Shown: piece after piece, positions 1-12,995 of the stretch | How positions within the stretch are numbered: position 1 is the stretch's first letter | How the letters are laid out: each line of letters starts with the position of its first letter | Source of the DNA: Octopus sinensis | Lineage: Eukaryota | Reading direction: 5' to 3' | Assembly (NCBI RefSeq): GCF_006345805.1 | Contig: NC_043011.1 | Location: forward strand, 39,754,464-39,818,463 | Length of the DNA: 64,000 nt | Program-made: the position numbers and the translations under genes | The notes under the pieces: generated by a model | Database searches by the model: none | What the model was told of the DNA's origin: nothing | What the model saw: the letters and a program-made list of their open reading frames with translations, nothing else

Positions 1-46
1 ACGCACAGGCTCAAACGGCTGTTCGTGTTCTTCATCGACACCAACT
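1..46 (-). CDS. SLC9A6/7/9: NHE exon start (C-terminal tail), cut by the window edge: VGVDEEHEQPFEPVR
   Basis: ttccag|A GTT GGT GTC GAT GAA. Completes the Arg codon from the previous exon; the IRVGVD motif is typical of this subfamily. Confidence 0.9.
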
Positions 47-379
47 CTGGAATAAATCAAAGGAAACATTTCGAATATGAGTTTGCTGCTGTTACTATTG
101 TTGGTGTTGTTATTGTTAATAATTTTACTCTTGCTTTTGATAATGATGATGATGATATTTAAGCTATGTCAGCTTGACCTAGCAAGTCTGTGATTAACCA
201 TATTTTTCAGATCTAACATGCTCTTAATGTTTTAAGATGGTAGTTCCTAATGTGGAAGATTTGGCTGCTGTTTCTAGCAGATTGAGCAACCACAACCATA
301 CAGATCAATCATGCAAGCTGTAGCACTCAGGTTGTGTATAGCCCTCTATCACTGTTTGTATGGCCTGTCATGACTCTTT

Positions 380-800
380 GCATGATCCTTTGTGATTCCT
401 TGTATGGCCCTTTATGACTGTGAGTATGATTCTTCATAACCTTTTGTATGGCACTTTGTGACTCTTAGAAAGGCCCTTTGTGATTCTTAGTATGGCCTTT
501 CATGACTTTTTGTATGACCCTTCGTGACTCTTAATATGGCCTGCCATGATTCTTAGAATGGCCTTGTATGACTCTTTGTATGACCTTTTGCAACTTTTTG
601 GCATGCCATTCATGAATCTTAGTATGGCCCATTGTGACTCTTAGTATGGTCCTTCATGTCTCTTAGTATGATCCTTCATGACTCTTCATATGACCCCTTG
701 TGACTCTTAGTATGGCCTTTCATGACTCTTAGTATGGCCTTTTATGACTCTTTGTATAACTCATTGTATGACCTTCCATGACCCTTCTTATGGCCCTCCT
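380..800. repeat. Degenerate ~20-21-bp minisatellite (atgactcttagtatggccttc)
   Basis: atgactct/tatggcc motifs recur throughout. Confidence 0.7.
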
Positions 801-1069
801 AATGTCCATGATTATATAACCATAGAAATGTTTTCTAAATGAAATTCATGAATTGATTTATTTTTCTGTTATTTTAGTATTTATATAAAATATTATATGA
901 ATTTTCTCACAAAGACATTTCTATTATACCCTTACTTTAATGTTTGATATCCTGTGTTACTACATATCATGTCATATTTAAGTTGTCTGATTTTTTTATG
1001 AGTGATAGCATTTAGTGCTCACTCCTAGAAAAAAGGTCATCCATATCTGACCTTTTCGCTCATAGTGGA

Positions 1070-1666
1070 GTGGTGATGATGGTGGTGGTAGTTGTGATAA
1101 AGGTGATGATGATGGAGGTTGTGATAATGGTGGTTGTGGTGATGGTGGTTGTGATAATGGTGGTGGTGGTGGTAGTTGTGATGGTGGTGGTGGTGGTAGC
1201 AGTGAAGGTGGTGGTAGTGATTGTGGTGATGGTGGTTGTGGTGGTGGAGGTGGTAATGGGATGGTAGTGATGATGGTGTTGATGGTGGTGGTGAGAGTAA
1301 TGCTTTCATGGTAGAATAATGTTAATAGAAAGGATGGTGGTTGTGATGGTGGAACATGAGAAGTGGGTAGTGGTGAAAGATGATGAGGGCAAGTGACAGT
1401 GAAAATGGTAGTGACTGACAGAAGATTATGTTGCTATTGTGTGATGCCATTTGGCTTTGTCGGAGTACACTCAAATGGTGGCATTGCTGAACCCAAATTA
1501 TGCCATTGTTCCATCGTTGATATGATTAGGAAATGTCCAGAGAGATAGAGAAAGACAGAGAGTGACACAGAGAGACAGAGACAAAGAGAGTGAGAGATAG
1601 ACAGAGAGGAAGAGAGGGAATGAGACAGAGAGTGACACAAATGGATAGATAGATGAATAGATAGAT

Positions 1667-1699
<33 letters not shown>

Positions 1700-1706
1700 T
1701 AGACAG

Positions 1707-1769
<63 letters not shown>

Positions 1770-1842
1770 GATAGATAGATAGATAGACAGATAAATAGAT
1801 AGATAGATAGATAGATAGATAGACAGATAAATATATAGATAG

Positions 1843-1873
<31 letters not shown>

Positions 1874-1882
1874 GACAGATAA

Positions 1883-1918
<36 letters not shown>

Positions 1919-1960
1919 TAGATAGATAGATAGATAGATAGATAGACAGACAGAGGGAGA
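1070..1960. repeat. (GTG/GAT)n, (GA)n and (GATA)n simple-repeat tracts
   Basis: Direct inspection. Representative of many TA/CA/TAA microsatellites across the window. Confidence 0.9.
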
Positions 1961-2157
1961 GAGAGCTTTGTCTGCTACATCAACATGTAGAACGGCCACA
2001 TGGAGACTACAGGGCAAATGATAATGGTGGTGGTAATGTTATTTTTCAAAATCAATTAAAACAAGGTCAGTGTATTCTGAACAGAAATATGGTCACAAAA
2101 GGGTTAATTATAAAGCAAAGGAGGAGAATTTTTGATTCTGTCTTTGTTATTTCATAC

Positions 2158-2311
2158 CTGATCTTGAGCCACTGTAACATGGGCGTGGTCATACTTCCAC
2201 ACACTATGACTGTCACAAGGACAACCATCATGATGGCAGATACCATGTACTGTCGGGCTGCCGTTGACGTGTTTCGAATGGCTAGAGCAAAAGCGATTGC
2301 TCCTCGTAAAC
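2158..2311 (-). CDS. SLC9A6/7/9: NHE exon: GLRGAIAFALAIRNTSTAARQYMVSAIMMVVLVTVIVCGSMTTPMLQWLKI(R)
   Basis: tttacag|GT TTA CGA...ATC AG|gtatga. 154 nt. GLRGA-AFAL motif. Confidence 0.97.
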
Positions 2312-2482
2312 CTGTAAAGAAATACAAAATCAGGACATACGTGTGTCAATTATGAGGACATATTCAAGCTGATACATATTTGTACTTAAGCATATGTATT
2401 TAAGTGCAGACAAATCCATATGCATTCACACACACACACACACATATAGGTATGCATATTTGGGAATGTCTGTGTATAAGTG

Positions 2483-2515
<33 letters not shown>

Positions 2516-3335
2516 GCACACATGTATGCATATATATATATATACATATATATATATGCACACATATGTATGCATATATGTGAAAGAGTATATATATATA
2601 TATATATACACACACATACATACATATATACATTTTTGTATATGCACACATATACATTTATATACATACAGACATATACATGCATTTGCATACACGCACA
2701 TAATTTGCACATATGTATATAAATATATACATCCACATACATATACATTCATATACATGCGTACACATTCTTGTATATACATGCATACATATGCAATCAT
2801 TCACAGATAATATTCACACACATTCACAGACATGCATTCACATTCATACACAAATATATATCACATTCACAGAAAGAGAAAGAGAGAAAAAAAAGATGGA
2901 CACTGAGAGGTTTCAAGTACTTTTAAATCTACACCATATGTTTTAATGTTAATTATCTAAATATCTATCATGTGACCTTGAAGTCTAATGGACATGGAGA
3001 TAGACTTTTGTTTGTACTGTGTGTGTGTGTGGATATATACATGGATGTGTTTCTGCAAAATATGGATAGGTTATCCTGTTCATGCTATATTATTAGCTTT
3101 ATCCTGCATTTGAGAAGAAAATTATTTCCTTATCTGTATCTTTCAATACATCTCAACGCTTCTAAAGCAAACTTTGTTTGTTGACTTTAAACCTAAGTTG
3201 AATTTAACTTACATCTATGTCTGTATATATAGACACACACACACACAATCAGATAGTCATAGGTTCCACAATCAAGAATGAATAAATCATTAATATACTA
3301 AACATACATAGATAGATGTATAAACAATGACTTAC

Positions 3336-3447
3336 CAGCAAACATCATCATGTGTTGGAAAGCAAAACTAATTTTATTCTTCCGTCCTAAATTTAGCAAA
3401 TAGGACAGCGGGTAAACATTAGAAAATCTTGCTATAATTATTGCAAA
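3336..3447 (-). CDS. SLC9A6/7/9: NHE exon: [37 protein letters not shown](G)
   Basis: ttccttaacagtaattcat|TTT GCA...GCT G|gtaagt. 112 nt. The frame is kept only if the intron ends in AT. Confidence 0.9.
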
Positions 3448-4449
3448 ATGAATTACTGTTAAGGAAAATAATTAATGTCTGATAGAGTTATAGTTTTATA
3501 AATATATTCTAGATTCAGTTCTATAAATAACAGGAACCACACAGAAAATCTATCGGAAGGAAAACAGAAGGAAAAAAATTGCCATTTTCACATACAGTTA
3601 TGGAAAATGATATACAAGCAATCAAGTGGACTCAATAAGGTGACCAGTTGACCAGTTTTGGTTGGGTCCCTATAAATGTGCATTTCAGAGCCCCTAACCT
3701 TGCTAAATAAATAAATAAATAAATCCATCTAGTCATCTATCTATCAGTCCTTCTGTCTAGGAATTTATCCTGGACTTAGTGAACTCAAGAGTATGTCCAA
3801 TCTCCAAAATATGATAATCACTTCTTTGACTCTACCAACTATCCTCACCTGCCACATCTTTTAACCCTCTTGTTACCATATTTTTGTTCAGATATGCTAC
3901 TTCTGTATCAATTAATTTTGGAAATAATTTAGAATTTAGTAAAATAACTTTGGCATCATTAAGCTAGTGTCTGGAATATAGATTAACACAAAATTTTGAT
4001 GGAAGGTTTTAACTTAGATCCCTTTGAAGAAAATATTTGTATTATAGGACCAGGGATGACCTCAAGCAGGTTGGTATCAAAAGGTTTAATCCATGTGTTA
4101 CCATAATTCCATTAAAAAGCAGTTTCTGTATCAATAATTTTGAAAATAATTTATAATTTAACAAAATGTCTATCATTGTTAAGCTGGTGTTTAGAACATA
4201 GACTAGCACAAAATTTTGATGGATTATTTTAATTTGGATTACTTTAAAACATAAAGTAATAAATTCCAGAGCACCAGGGGCAGATTCAGGTAGGTTGGTT
4301 TCAAAAAAGTTAAGTACCACAATCACCTACAGTCACTGTCCTCAACCACAATTCTCTGTCAATTATCACTAAGGTTTCTGTTGAACCTACATCAAACCTG
4401 CACTGTCTCCAACACCCAGACCAATAAGGACATGACAAAGTAATTTCTC

Positions 4450-4678
4450 TTAACCCTTTAACTTTCAGATTACTCTTGTCAACTATAATGCTTGTTTATT
4501 CCCACTGTTTTGAATTAATCATGCACTATCTTGTAGCTTTGAAATTCCAATGATATGATTGTTTATTTTAGGGATAGCATTGCAGGGGAGGTATGAGAAG
4601 CAAAATCTGACCAGTTTGAACATAAAACAGGTAGAACTTTTGATTCAGATATGATCAGTTTAAATGCTAAAGGATCAA
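4450..4678 (+). mobile_element. ~230-bp TTAA-flanked MITE family. Further copies at ~9252-9481, 21000-21206, 23207-23432, 30405-30624, 36401-36533, 56262-56462
   Basis: Shared body and TIRs ttaaccctttagcatt...aatgctaaagggttaa; copies occur in both orientations. Confidence 0.85.
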
Positions 4679-4802
4679 GGGCACAAATTAAATATATCAA
4701 GGAATCAGTTACATATGATGACCTTCCTTCCTGAATATGGATGACACAAAACTTATATCATTATGCTTGATGACCCCTCATAATAAAACAATATCTGAAA
4801 GA

Positions 4803-5038
4803 CTTATTTCTTTATTGCCCACAAGGGGCTAAACATAGAGGGGACAAACAAGGACAGACAAATGGATTAAGTCGATTACATCGACCCCAGTGCGTAACTG
4901 GTACTTAATTTATCGACCCCGAGAGGATGAAAGGCAAAGTCAACCTCGGCGGAATTTGAACTCAGAACGTAGCGACAGACGAAATACAGCTAAGCATTTC
5001 GCCCAGTGTGCTAACGTTTCTGCCAGCTCGACGCCTTC
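4803..5038 (-). mobile_element. Young tRNA-derived SINE (family B)
   Basis: Head ggcg.cgagctggcagaaacgttagcac, B-box-like gagttcaaattcc, core gcctttcatcct..cggggtcgataaattaagtacc. Many other copies, e.g. 15640-15850, 17065-17290, 28655-28870, 29177-29612, 46140-46345, 46895-47103. Confidence 0.85.
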
Positions 5039-5063
5039 ACAATATCTGAATAATAATAATTGA

Positions 5064-5094
<31 letters not shown>

Positions 5095-5096
<2 letters not shown>

Positions 5097-5245
5097 ACAA
5101 CATCAAAAAATACCTTAGGAATGAGAACCCAGGTTCAAAATTTTCCCAAGACGCCTGATGAAGGCTGGAGGGTATATCAACCGAAACGTTGTGTTAACAA
5201 CAAACAAGATAAGGACATATACCCGTCAAATGTAAATAATGTACA
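5095..5245 (+). mobile_element. Penelope-like element terminal-repeat remnant with a minimal hammerhead (5150-5195)
   Basis: GACGC-CUGAUGA-A-GGCUG(10 nt)CAACC-GAAA-CG-UU-GUGUU; follows a (TAA)n tract. Confidence 0.6.
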
Positions 5246-5288
5246 GTTTATATGGTATCTTAGAAAAATATGTTAAGAAAAAGGATAC

Positions 5289-5402
5289 AAATGCTGAAAA
5301 TATAAAAATTGCATGCCATTTCATGGCTTGGAAAGTAAATACAGACACTCCAATATAGAGGAATACAAAATTTTCAGCTAAAAAGTTGCATAGCTCGAAC
5401 AA
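5289..5402 (-). CDS. SLC9A6/7/9: NHE exon: LFELCNFLAENFVFLYIGVSVFTFQAMKWHAIFIFSAF
   Basis: ttgcag|TTG TTC...GCA TTT|gtatcctt. 114 nt. Followed by a U12 GT donor. Confidence 0.95.
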
Positions 5403-6883
5403 CTGCAAAAAGAAAGTCAAACAAGAATGAGAAAACACATATGACAAATAAAAAAAAAAGCAATTTAATAATTTACAAGTGAATATAATAATAATAATAA
5501 TAATAATAATATATATGCATGTGTGTGTGTATGACGGTTTTTGGTAAGCAGCACTGATTTTTACAATTCTGTAAATAATAATAATAATAATAGTATTTTA
5601 TAAGCATAAAGCTTGTAAGTGATTACTGAACAATGACTAAAGAAAACAGTCTAATAATGGGGCATATAAGCCCCCGACAGAAAAAGTAGGTTTTCCTGTT
5701 TGCATAGGGAAAACCTACTTTTTATAAATCCCACTATTAGACTATTTTCTTTAGTCATTTCACAGTGATCTCTTATAAGCTTTAAGCTTATAAAATACTA
5801 ATATATATATATATAGCTTATAAAATACTAATATATATATATATAGCTTATAAAATACTAATATATATATATATATATATAATTAAAATTATAATTAAGG
5901 GCATCTAAGAGATACACCCTATGCTAGAGATAGCAGTCAAAACTTGACTCTAAAACCATGTTATCTCTAGCATGGTAGTATCTCTTACATACCCTTAATT
6001 ATAATTTTAATAAATAATTAATACCTATAAGGTTTTTATTCTCATGCTGGCCACTTGATATGATCAGTATTTTAAATAACGATCTTATCCTTATTTATAT
6101 ATATACACACACACACACATATATATATATATACACACACACATGTATATATATGTACATATATATACAATATTATGTGATTGATCAGACTATTGGATAC
6201 TATTATGCATTGCTGGTCTCAAGGCCCTTTGCATTGTTTTAGCTTTTGAATGGTGTCACCCTGCTGGCTAGGTGAGCAAACCCACATTACTCCTGATCAG
6301 AAGTCTAGTCTGTTGCAGGCTTACTCATTTACATCTGGGAGGTATGGAGCAACATGAAAAGAAGTGATTTGCCTAAGAACACAACACGCAGCTGATCTGG
6401 GAATTGAAACCACAATCTCACAATCATAAGTGCAATATGGCTGTCCACAAGACTACGTGCCTTCTCATGTAAATATAAATATATATGCATATGCCCACAC
6501 ACATACAATGTGCTTCTTTCAGTTTCTGTTCACCAATACTATTCACAAAAAAATTTGGTCAGCCCAGGGTTATAGGGGAAGAAATTACCCCAACCTGTTG
6601 CACAGTGGGACTGAACCTGAACCCATGTAGTTGGGAATCAATCCTCTAAACCACACAGCTATGTCTGCACCTTAAATACAATATAACAGTTCAAAGCGTG
6701 TAGTCACTGACAAACAGGTAAACAGCTTTGTGTAGCAAGTTTCAACTTGAAAGAGCCGACTCACAGACAAAAATTCATAATTAGAGTAATTACACCAATC
6801 AGGCTCTAATCATTACATAATGCTTGCCAAACACAGCGGTCTTGATAAAAATCTCACAGAAACACTTGATCCATTTTACTTAC

Positions 6884-6972
6884 TTGTTTTGTCCTCGCTT
6901 TCGATTCTGACGAGAGATTGTTATAAGTATAATGAGCTTGAGTAATACCACAAAATAGGACAGCAACAATTC
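6884..6972 (-). CDS. SLC9A6/7/9: NHE exon: [30 protein letters not shown]
   Basis: tttcag|GA ATT GTT...AAA CAA|gtaagt. 89 nt. [16 protein letters not shown] motif. Confidence 0.97.
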
Positions 6973-7836
6973 CTGAAATATGGAAGCATGGAAAAACAGA
7001 CGTTAGATAATGATGATGATGGTATTTATGTTTTTTCCTATGTTCAGTTATAATAAAAACAATTTTATATTAACCTGATGGGTTATCCACACTTTTGCAG
7101 CGAACAAATTTACTATTCTTAAACAGGAATATTATTGACAGTGGCTTCATAGTTTTGGCCAGCTGCCACCATCAAACAATCCAATGATGGCTTAGCTGGC
7201 TGAAACTTCAAAGTCAGTCACTGTCAATAACATTCTTATTTAAGAATGATAAACATATATGTATATATATGTATATATATAATAATAATTTGAGGGAATA
7301 TTATTCCTAACTTACAGGGGAAAATTCAATTTAGAAATACTAAATCAAATTTCACAAAATATAATATATATATAGAAATTAGAAAAAAACCACCTTTTAT
7401 CAATTCAAAATGAACAATTAAATTACACCATCTAGAAATTGCATATAATAGAAATATTAAATATAAAATAACAATAATATACCGATGATTAAGTAATGTG
7501 CAAAATAATAAATAAAACGTAATCATCGGTATATTATTGTTATTTTATATTTAATATTTCTATTATATGTAATTTTCTAGATGGTGTAATTTAATTGTTC
7601 ATTTTGAATTGATAAAAGGTGGGTTTTTTTTCTAATTTATATATATATAAATAAATACATACACACTTTGATTAATAAAGCTGCAAAGACATAAAAAAAA
7701 AACTGTAATGCAGAGTTTCACGTTCACCAGACAGCTTTGTGATGTTTTTGCAGCTTCATGAATAAAGCATGTTACTCTACCTCTGGTATTTGAGTACTAT
7801 TTTTCCCACCTTGTTTCACATTTATGTGCTTACTCT

Positions 7837-7875
<39 letters not shown>

Positions 7876-8819
7876 TGAAGTATATTTGCCACCTAAATGT
7901 GGCTAACCCTTAAGGGTTGATGCTGCTGTAGCTTGTAGTCCCAGGATGACATCTCCTCCAGCTAGCTACTGACACACTTTCTGTGCCCTATCAGTATTTG
8001 CAAAAGGAAGTCATCTTTCCCATCTCCAGCCTGAGGACCCAGAAAGTGTGTCAATAGCCAGCTGGAGATGCCTTCCTGGGGGTTAAAAGCTACAGTAGCA
8101 TCAACCCTTAAGGGTTAGCCACATTTAGGCGGCATATATAATTCACAATGTCATGCGGCTATTGTTTATACTTCGCTCAGAGATTTATTATATATATATA
8201 TATATATATCATCAGTGTATCATATATTCTAAAAAGAACCATGCTCTAAAACAGAACAGTAATGTATTTATATATATATATTATATAAAATTATTTGTGA
8301 GTGTGTCTGTGTAGAGTTGTCAGATAAGTTGTTTTTTCTTTCCATTTATTTTAATCCTTTCCATTGTCATTTGAATTAAAAATAGAAAATATTTTTACTG
8401 TATTGTTTGATGGTATTTTTGTCACTCTAGACTTCATCTCTATCACTTTTATAATTTGAATAAATTTTACTTCTTTCCAGACATATGACAACCGGATGTC
8501 AAGTGGAATAAACAAATTTATTTACAAACCAATATTTAGATTAATCCTAAGATTTTTGGGTTTTTTTTTTTTCTACAGAGATTTATAGCATATGAAATAA
8601 GACATTAGTATATAACTGGTATTCATTTTGTTCACTCTGAAGAGAGAGAGAAATAGAGTGGGGCATAAAAGCATCAGCAGCGATATATGCAAAATGTGAA
8701 CTCAGGTCAGTAAGGCAATGAACTGGATCCAGTGAAGCATCCATCCCAGTCTTCTACTGTCCTTCAGTTATTGTGATCAATTTCTTTCTAAAAGTGACTT
8801 CAAAACTGGGCTTAAAGGT

Positions 8820-9147
8820 TAAAGGGTAAAGACCCCCTTCGGTCACAAATGACCATGGGATTGCACCCAGAGAGTTACCCTTAAAAGCACAAGTCTGGGC
8901 AAGGTTGTTTATGGAAGACCAGCAGACGCACATGCATACCAGCATCCCCTCTCCACACCCCCGATATTATCCAAGGGAAAGGCAAAAGCTTGGCACCAGT
9001 GATGTCACAACTCATTTCTACAGCTGAGTGAACTGGAGCAGCATGAAATAAAAAGTGTCTTGCTCAAGAACACAACACACAATCTGGTCCGGGAATTGAA
9101 CTCCGCACCTCATGATTGTGCACCTGACACTCTAACCATTGAGCCAT
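8820..9147 (-). mobile_element. tRNA-derived SINE (family D). Copies at 10290-10650, 13920-14220, 25190-25530, 25540-25855
   Basis: Minus-strand head ggctca.tggttagag...gagttcaattccc, cttgagcaagacact domain, (ttta)ccc tail. Confidence 0.82.
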
Positions 9148-11205
9148 CTTTCTAAAAAGGACTTGAAGACTGGAAACTCAGGTTTGGACTTCAAAGACAG
9201 GGCTTTGAGACTGGGTTCCAAAACTTTGAGACCCTACTTAGGAACTGATTTTCAACCCTTTAGTATTCAGATCACACAGTCGAATGCAATACTTATTTAT
9301 TCATATTGTTTTGAATTGGTCATGTATTATCTCATAGCTTTAAGATTTTGATGATGTGGCTGTTTATTTTTGGAATGACATTGCAGGGTAGGTGTGAGAG
9401 GTTGGAGATCTGGTTGCTTTGAATGTAAAATAGGAAGAATATTTTGGTTAGATATGGTCAGTTTAAATGCTAAAGGATTAAATCTTAAGCTGTTAATGAA
9501 TTATACAAAGTTGACAGAGACAGTAGGATGCTGCACTAAATGTCTTTCATGTTCGTCATCTCATAAAGAATGATTGGTAAATAAGTACCAGTAATATAAT
9601 GAGTCAATGTAATTCATTGATTTTTTTTCCTACAAAACTTAGTTATGTGCTTGATCAAAATCCAATTTGAATCAACTAAAAAATTAACACTTTAAAGGAA
9701 AATGAGGAAATTAAATAAATAAAAAAATAATGGTTTAAAACAACAACAAGCGAACAAAAGCAAATACAAGCCTGCAATTATTGGTAATGAGTCATTAAGA
9801 TTGAAACCATAACTTTGGTAATCTTAGTTACATCATAAATTTTAATTACATCAGGAAGTAATAAGCACAAAATCGATCAATAGATGATTGTAAACAGGAA
9901 TAGTGCACCATACATGCACATATGCATTCACTGCACAAACATTCATCATGCATACACATACATTCACAATGCATATGCACATGCATGCACCACACACACA
10001 CACACACACACACATTCAACATATCTATGCACAAATATTTGTCACACATACACACACATACATCTACCACACATCCACATCCAGCATGCATACACACATA
10101 CACACACACATTCTACACACATACACATTCACCATGCATGCACACATACACACTCTCTGCTCATGTATACATATATCATGTCCCTATTTACATAAAAAGC
10201 ACTACTATTACACACACATTTTCACATATGTGTACACATATTAATTCAATCATACACACACACTTTTACCATTTTACAAATATGTAAAACGGGTAAAGAC
10301 CCCCTTCGGTCATGAATAACCATGGGATTGTACCTAGAAATTTCCCTTCCAAGGCATAAGTCCAGGCAAGGTTGTTTAGGGAAGACCAGCAGTCACCCAT
10401 GCATACTAGCCTCCTCTCTCCACACCACCAATGTTGTCCAAGAGAAGGGCAAAGATAGCTTGTCAAAGGGAAAGACAAAGACAGCTTGGCAGCAGTGATG
10501 TCACAACTCATTTCTGCAACTGAGTGAACTGGAGCGACATGAAATAAAGTGTCTTGCTCAAGAACACAACACACCGACTGCTCTGGGAATTGAACTCACT
10601 ACTTCATGTTTGTGAGCTTGACACTCTAACCACAGAGCTATACGCCTTCACTTCACATACATACGCAATTTTCATATTGCATTATGTACATACACATACA
10701 TATGCTTACTTTACAGTGCTTACTCATATGCATAAATTAATAGATACTCACACACACACACACGCACACAAACATGCAGAAAAAGCAAACAATGTGCACA
10801 CATATTACATCAAACCAAAAAGGGAGTTCTTATATAGTGACTTAACCTGCTAGAAATAGCAGCTATCAGCCAAATCTCCCTGAAATTCCACCTAACATTT
10901 AAGAAATAAGAACATATTCAAATATGCAATCCTTAGGGCGCTAGCATGTAGGAAGAAAATGAACAAGAAGGTCATGGCGGAATCATTTTTGGCCATGTCA
11001 GCATGATCAGGGCCAGTCTGGAGCCAAACAATACCATAATAATTACCTGAATATACATATACAGAATTCTCATATGCAGACATATAGATAAGTGAACATA
11101 CACGCACACAGACAAATATTTACACTCTCACACACTTCCACCATTATCTGCATTCACCCATTTACTAACTGACCACTCATTAAGGACACCACATCACCAA
11201 CGTAC

Positions 11206-11311
11206 CTGTTAGTCCAGCAGCTTCGGCAGCTTGGAACGTACTGTAAGACATCAAGAAGAACAGTGCTGTTTCTAATAAAGGATATTCTCGAATCTTTGTA
11301 TATTTTGTCAT
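11206..11311 (-). CDS. SLC9A6/7/9: NHE exon: [35 protein letters not shown](G)
   Basis: ttccttaacttgatttac|ATG ACA...ACA G|gtacgt. 106 nt. AC acceptor. Confidence 0.95.
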
Positions 11312-11352
11312 GTAAATCAAGTTAAGGAAACATACATATGTATATGCATTGC

Positions 11353-11387
<35 letters not shown>

Positions 11388-12824
11388 TAGCAAAATTACC
11401 TGGCATTGCTCAGAAATTTAAAGAATGTTAAAGGAAATAGATATATATATTCTGATAATAAAAAAAAAATTCTGCCAGATGACGTGAATATAAACAAAGT
11501 TATTAAAACAAATCTTGAAATCAATCACAGTTTAATTTTGTAGAACTTCTAAATATACAATGTTTTCAGTGTGTCCTTTAATTCAGTGTGTACAAAGTAA
11601 AAGAGTTTTGGGACTTCCAACTCACGAACATCTTACATATAACTGCCCATGAGAGAAGCAACGAGAAGCAAGATTAAGTCCAACAACTTTGAGAGATTGT
11701 GCTTGAGATTTGCTTATGGAAATAGCAAAACTTAGTTTCACTGGGAACTGGAGCTGTTTAAATTAAGATGGGATTAGTGGGATCTGTGGAATGAAGACAT
11801 CGTCACCCTTATATTTTTGAAGAGAAATTAATTTTGGCATTAAGGACTAAACCTCTTGTTTCATTATTACAATTAAAAAGTGTTTATCTACACTTAAAAA
11901 AAAAAAAAAAGAGGTGGGGTCATACACGTATGACAGACAATTATCCAATATCGTGCTTGTTTCTATCAGAATTGTTTACCTTTAAAGAGAAAAAACAAAA
12001 TTGACGTATACAACAGGTATGTAAAACATGTTTCTGTTTTTTAAAAAGGTAAAAATTTAGTGACACTTCCCCTAGAACCTTTCCTCGAGTAATGAAAAAC
12101 CTTCATGCCAACTTTGGTACAGATTGATCCAGTGGTTTGGCTGTGCAGAATAGGTTGTATAGCTAGGGGGGAAATTTCCAGACGTAATTTCCAGACAGCC
12201 AAATTTGGCACAGATCCAGCAGTTTTGCTGTGCATAGAGGAAACACACACACGCACACAGACAAAAAGAATAGAAGTGAAACAATTAGTGAAATAAATGT
12301 AAAACAATAAAAGTGAAACTATAGTGTTATGAAAAGTGAAACTATTATACTGCTGACATTGTAGGGTAGTTGTGAAAGGCTAGATCTGGCCAACTTGAAC
12401 ATAAAACGGGCAGAATATTTGGGTTGGATCTGGCTAATTCAAATGCTAAAGGTCTACACTTTGAAGGGAACATGTAAAGACAACAGTTTTTTTTTCAACT
12501 AAACAGAGTTCTTTAGAGAGAGAGAGAGAGAAAGAGAAATAGAAACAGAGAAACTGAGAGACAGACAAAGAGAGATTATATTATCATCTTTTAAGCTTAA
12601 CTAAATACTTTCTCCAGTTCTTTTCCATTACAACTGCAACAACCAGGGAATACTCTCCCACCACTTGAATATTTTCTACAAATATTGACCTGAAACAGGC
12701 ATAGCTATGTGGTAGAGATGTTTGCTTCTTAAGTATGTGGTTTTGAGCTTAGGTCCACTGTGAAGCACCTTCGGTAAGTGTCTTCTACTACGGCCCTGAA
12801 GGGATCAGGCCTTCATTGAGCAAA

Positions 12825-12995
12825 GGCTCGTTATCTGGTGCAAAGCGTGCTGTGCATGTTGAGCACTTTGATGGGTGCCGACACAGCTGATGCGTGACCC
12901 TTTGTTGAGAACAGTGTTGGTCAGGGTGTTTGACTAGGATGGTATATCTGTCAAACGGTAACACAGATGTCCTAAGATGAGCTTAGTGTGGACGG
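12825..12995 (+). pseudogene. Diverged 28S rRNA fragment
   Basis: gggtgtttgactaggatggtatatctgtcaaacggtaacacagatgtcctaagatgagcttagtgtggac closely resembles the conserved eukaryotic LSU segment GGGAGTTTGACTGGGGCGGTACA.CTGTCAAACGGTAACGCAGGTGTCCTAAGG.GAGCTCAG.G.GGAC (from memory). Followed by (GAT)n. Confidence 0.8.

Larger units (their letters stand above)
3448..5288 (-). other. U12-type intron with GT-AT termini (1841 nt)
   Basis: Donor GTATCCTT at 5288. Branch motif TTCCTTAAC at 3466-3458. The in-frame boundary falls after ...CAT at 3448. Confidence 0.85.

Noticed and set aside
1037-1309. His-rich 90-aa ORF
   Set aside because: Translation of a (CAC/CAT)n microsatellite inside an intron.
2386-2946. 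YI/CV/HT-rich ORFs (also near 9.9 kb, 31 kb, 37 kb, 52 kb, 60 kb)
   Set aside because: Dinucleotide-repeat translations.
3448-3455. Canonical AG acceptor extending the exon to 3455
   Set aside because: Gives a frameshift with an immediate TAA and lies too close to the U12 branch motif.
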